From Opitutales bacterium (lineage in GTDB: Bacteria > Verrucomicrobiota > Verrucomicrobiia > Opitutales > Coraliomargaritaceae): 32,000 nt of DNA. The position numbers and the translations under genes were made by a program. Below, one piece after another: positions 29,583-32,000 of the stretch (the first letter of the stretch is position 1; each line of letters starts with the position of its first letter). The notes beneath the pieces are model-generated. The model did not search any database, was not told the DNA's origin, and saw nothing but the letters and a program-made list of their open reading frames with translations. Where the stretch lies: NCBI GenBank assembly GCA_049606355.1, contig JBMYVL010000009.1, positions 30,001 through 62,000 of the forward strand, in the 5' to 3' direction.

Positions 29583-30779
29583 ATGGCGACTCGAACGAGC
29601 TCGATTCGCAGGTCAAGTTCCGCACCATGTAGGGCTCCTTTGTACAGATGCCTAGCGATCGGTTTGACGCTTGGCTGGATATTTTTTCAGCCCCAGCGCT
29701 CGCTCGCTGACGCCGTGTTTACTACAGAAGGCGCCTATTTTGAAGTCGTCGGGAGTGATGATCGATCCGTTGCAACGGTTGGGCGACTTTGTGAGCACAT
29801 TGTTGCCACCTGTGGGAAGTATCTGAACCGCCTTCCGACGAGCTATCCGCAGCGCATCTTGGTCGTACTCCGTCCGGCGAGCGATGTTGCGTTTTCAGGT
29901 GATTATACAACCCGCTCTCAAGTAGGTGGATTTGTGCAAGTGGATTTTCGCTGGGATGCCGCGCTCGATTTAGAAATGGTGTGCCGTGGCTTAACCGAAG
30001 CCTTTATCCAACGTTATGCAATCTACCATCACGGACTTAAGGCTCCGCAACGCATGCACTCTTGGCCGGTTTCCGCGTTATCGACGCAGGCCTATCTGAG
30101 CCTACGCACTGCTCAATTGGACACATTTATAGACGAGTTGCGCATGGTAGGACCTCCGGATATCCAAGTACTCTTGGGGCAGTCTTATGTTGATGGGATG
30201 CCGTGGGGCACTGGCCGCGAGGGCTATTGGCTCCTGCGGAGTTTGCGTGCGCACTCGATCCAGAGTCGTCAGATTGCGCGGTTGATTGAACGTGCTATTG
30301 CCGGTAATTCCGATGTGCAGGCCTTGCAATCACTGCTTCAAGCTCAGGGGTGGGGGCGCGTCGCGATTGAAGATTGGTGGTCAGAACGCATGCTTGCTTT
30401 AACACAGGTTAAGCTGGGTCGAGTTGAGTCCATGGCAGTGTCCCAGGCATGGATTGGCAAGGCAGCTGACTTTACTCTTTATCAGGGCGAAGGCCGTCAA
30501 TTGGCCGATCTGCGCGCCTTGTGGCAATTGCGCGAGGATGCGACCGTGCGTGAGATGCTCATGGCGCGCCGGGAACTGATTGCTCTACGAATCGGTCGAG
30601 TGAACCCAGCTTATTTTAATGCGGCACGTTCCCTGGGAGCATTGTATGAAACGGTACTGGATGGCGTACAAACACACGAATTTGTGCATGCATTAACAGT
30701 CTTTCTGGGTGACTTTGAGGATGCGAAGCATTTGCAGCGAATGACCAATGCGCACTTGGATCGGCTGCCTGCCAACTAG
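29583..30779 (+). CDS. Hypothetical exported or membrane-anchored protein with no recognised family
   Basis: 398 aa counted from ATG 29583. The ORF track opens at GTG 29556, inside the previous gene. An Arg/Ser-rich N terminus is followed by a hydrophobic segment and …SLADA, consistent with a signal peptide or anchor. The coding call rests on ORF length and compact spacing with neighbours. Confidence 0.6.
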   Translation: MATRTSSIRRSSSAPCRAPLYRCLAIGLTLGWIFFQPQRSLADAVFTTEGAYFEVVGSDDRSVATVGRLCEHIVATCGKYLNRLPTSYPQRILVVLRPASDVAFSGDYTTRSQVGGFVQVDFRWDAALDLEMVCRGLTEAFIQRYAIYHHGLKAPQRMHSWPVSALSTQAYLSLRTAQLDTFIDELRMVGPPDIQVLLGQSYVDGMPWGTGREGYWLLRSLRAHSIQSRQIARLIERAIAGNSDVQALQSLLQAQGWGRVAIEDWWSERMLALTQVKLGRVESMAVSQAWIGKAADFTLYQGEGRQLADLRALWQLREDATVREMLMARRELIALRIGRVNPAYFNAARSLGALYETVLDGVQTHEFVHALTVFLGDFEDAKHLQRMTNAHLDRLPAN

Positions 30780-32000
30780 CTCAGTAAACCAATCAGCATT
30801 TTAGCGATTGCGATCATCACAATGAGTGCGATCGGGTACGCGGAAACGTAACTGACCACGGGCACCTGTGAGTCCGTTTTCGCAGTGATGGCACCCAGTG
30901 CGGGTGTTGAAGTCATGCTGCCGCAGATGCCTCCCAAAGCTTGCAGGGCGTCCAGCCCAAACCAACGCCGAGCCAGTGGCCAAGCGATCAGCAAGGGCAC
31001 TACAGTGATGGCGGATCCGAGTACGAAGAGCGAGGGGCCGTAGGTCGTCAGTGTTTCGATAAAAGCGCCGCCGCCGCGAATGCCTGCATGGGCCAGAAAA
31101 AAGACCAAGCCCAGGTCTTGCAGGAGTAAGCGAGTGGGACGCGGAATGTGGCCGACAATACGCCCCACGCGACCAAAGTGACCGAGGATCAATGCGACGA
31201 ACAAGGGTCCGCCGGCGAGTCCTAGGGTGAACGGGGTGCTTCCCGGTAGGCCGAAAGGGAGCATGCCCAGTACGATGCCGAGGGTGAGTCCGGTTGAGAG
31301 GGAGAGGAGGTCGGTGCTGTCGATCGCATTGCTGCGGTGGCCGACTGCCTTTGCGAAGCTATTGAGGTCTTCACTGCGCCCGACCGCAGTCACTTGGTCG
31401 TTGAGTTCAATCACGGTCGCGGCACTCGGTACAAAGGTTAGCCCTAAGCGCGTAATTCGAGTGATGACTACGCCATGATTTTTGAGTGCTGCCAGCTCCT
31501 CCAGTGTGCGTCCGGCAAAGCGTCGTTCAGTAACCAGTAATTGCCGCCGCTCGTTCTCGACATCTTTTAAGAGGTGGCGGTCGCTGCGCTGTCCGAGGTG
31601 GTCCACGGCAAGAGCAATTTCTTTGCGACAGCCAACCAGCAGCAGTAGCTGACCCTTACTGTATAGATCTTCGTAGCACAAGGGTACCAATTGGCCGTGT
31701 TTGAAGATGCGTGAGATCTGGCAGGCATTGAAATTGGCCACTGCTGAATTCGCTATTTGTTTGCCGATCAAATTTGGATTGGTGACCTCCACCAAAACAT
31801 TTTCGACCTGAGTTTCGGCGGTACTTGGATCGGCGTGGCCTGCCGCAATGGCTTCTAAATCATGCTTCAATAAACGCGGTAATAACTGCACAAAAAGTAC
31901 TACGCCGATCACTCCAAAGGGATAGGCGATACCGTAGCCAATACTCACGCCGGTAGCGCTCGCTTGTAGCCCTTCGGTTGCCGCCGCCAGCGCAGGTGTG
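30776..32000 (-). CDS. YidE/YbjL-type (AAE family) transporter with two TrkA-C domains. The 5' end lies beyond the window.
   Basis: The frame stays open past the ORF-track GTG 31948 to the window edge (…TPALAAATEGLQASATGVSIGYGIAYPFGV…). That N-half motif mirrors the C-half motif …TSTPALGAITAKTD…VSYVSAYPIAL…. Two RCK-C-like repeats lie in the middle. Confidence 0.8.
   Translation of the reverse strand, partial: TPALAAATEGLQASATGVSIGYGIAYPFGVIGVVLFVQLLPRLLKHDLEAIAAGHADPSTAETQVENVLVEVTNPNLIGKQIANSAVANFNACQISRIFKHGQLVPLCYEDLYSKGQLLLLVGCRKEIALAVDHLGQRSDRHLLKDVENERRQLLVTERRFAGRTLEELAALKNHGVVITRITRLGLTFVPSAATVIELNDQVTAVGRSEDLNSFAKAVGHRSNAIDSTDLLSLSTGLTLGIVLGMLPFGLPGSTPFTLGLAGGPLFVALILGHFGRVGRIVGHIPRPTRLLLQDLGLVFFLAHAGIRGGGAFIETLTTYGPSLFVLGSAITVVPLLIAWPLARRWFGLDALQALGGICGSMTSTPALGAITAKTDSQVPVVSYVSAYPIALIVMIAIAKMLIGLLS

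Overview
This is a dense, almost gap-free chromosomal segment with about 27 protein-coding genes and 1 tRNA. I found no rRNA, CRISPR array, transposase or integrase, and no conspicuous repeat family. From left to right the window contains:
- the 3' tail of a small CDS and a bidirectional terminator;
- gyrA and gyrB on the minus strand;
- an Rrf2-family regulator;
- a nine-gene minus-strand aerobic respiration block. It comprises heme A synthase, heme O synthase, DUF420, oxidase subunit II with a fused cytochrome c, subunits I, III and IV, an intrinsic terminator, and a caa3-type CtaG whose stop overlaps the start of an SLC13/TrkA-C permease;
- a GreA/GreB-like protein;
- a COG2509-type FAD protein;
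- an SGLT-type Na+/solute symporter with a terminator;
- a rhomboid-like membrane protein ending in a zinc ribbon;
- hrpA, rpmB, a MidA/NDUFAF7-like methyltransferase and tsaD;
- a self-contained tRNA-Phe(GAA) unit;
- a CvfB/YitL-type S1 protein coupled to ispA;
- two uncharacterised envelope proteins;
- the 3' part of a YidE/YbjL-type transporter that runs off the right edge.

My reading is that this is a core, housekeeping region. I see no defence island, mobile element or clearly novel multi-gene system. The items most worth a second look are modest:
- the apparently catalytically dead rhomboid-like protein with a zinc ribbon;
- conserved hrpA N-terminal sequence lying upstream of any canonical start codon;
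- the ctaG-SLC13 translational coupling behind an internal terminator;
- an orphan membrane-plus-secreted protein pair;
- two short perfect palindromes in 5' regions.

All family calls come from reading the translated ORFs against remembered family motifs. No database search was run.
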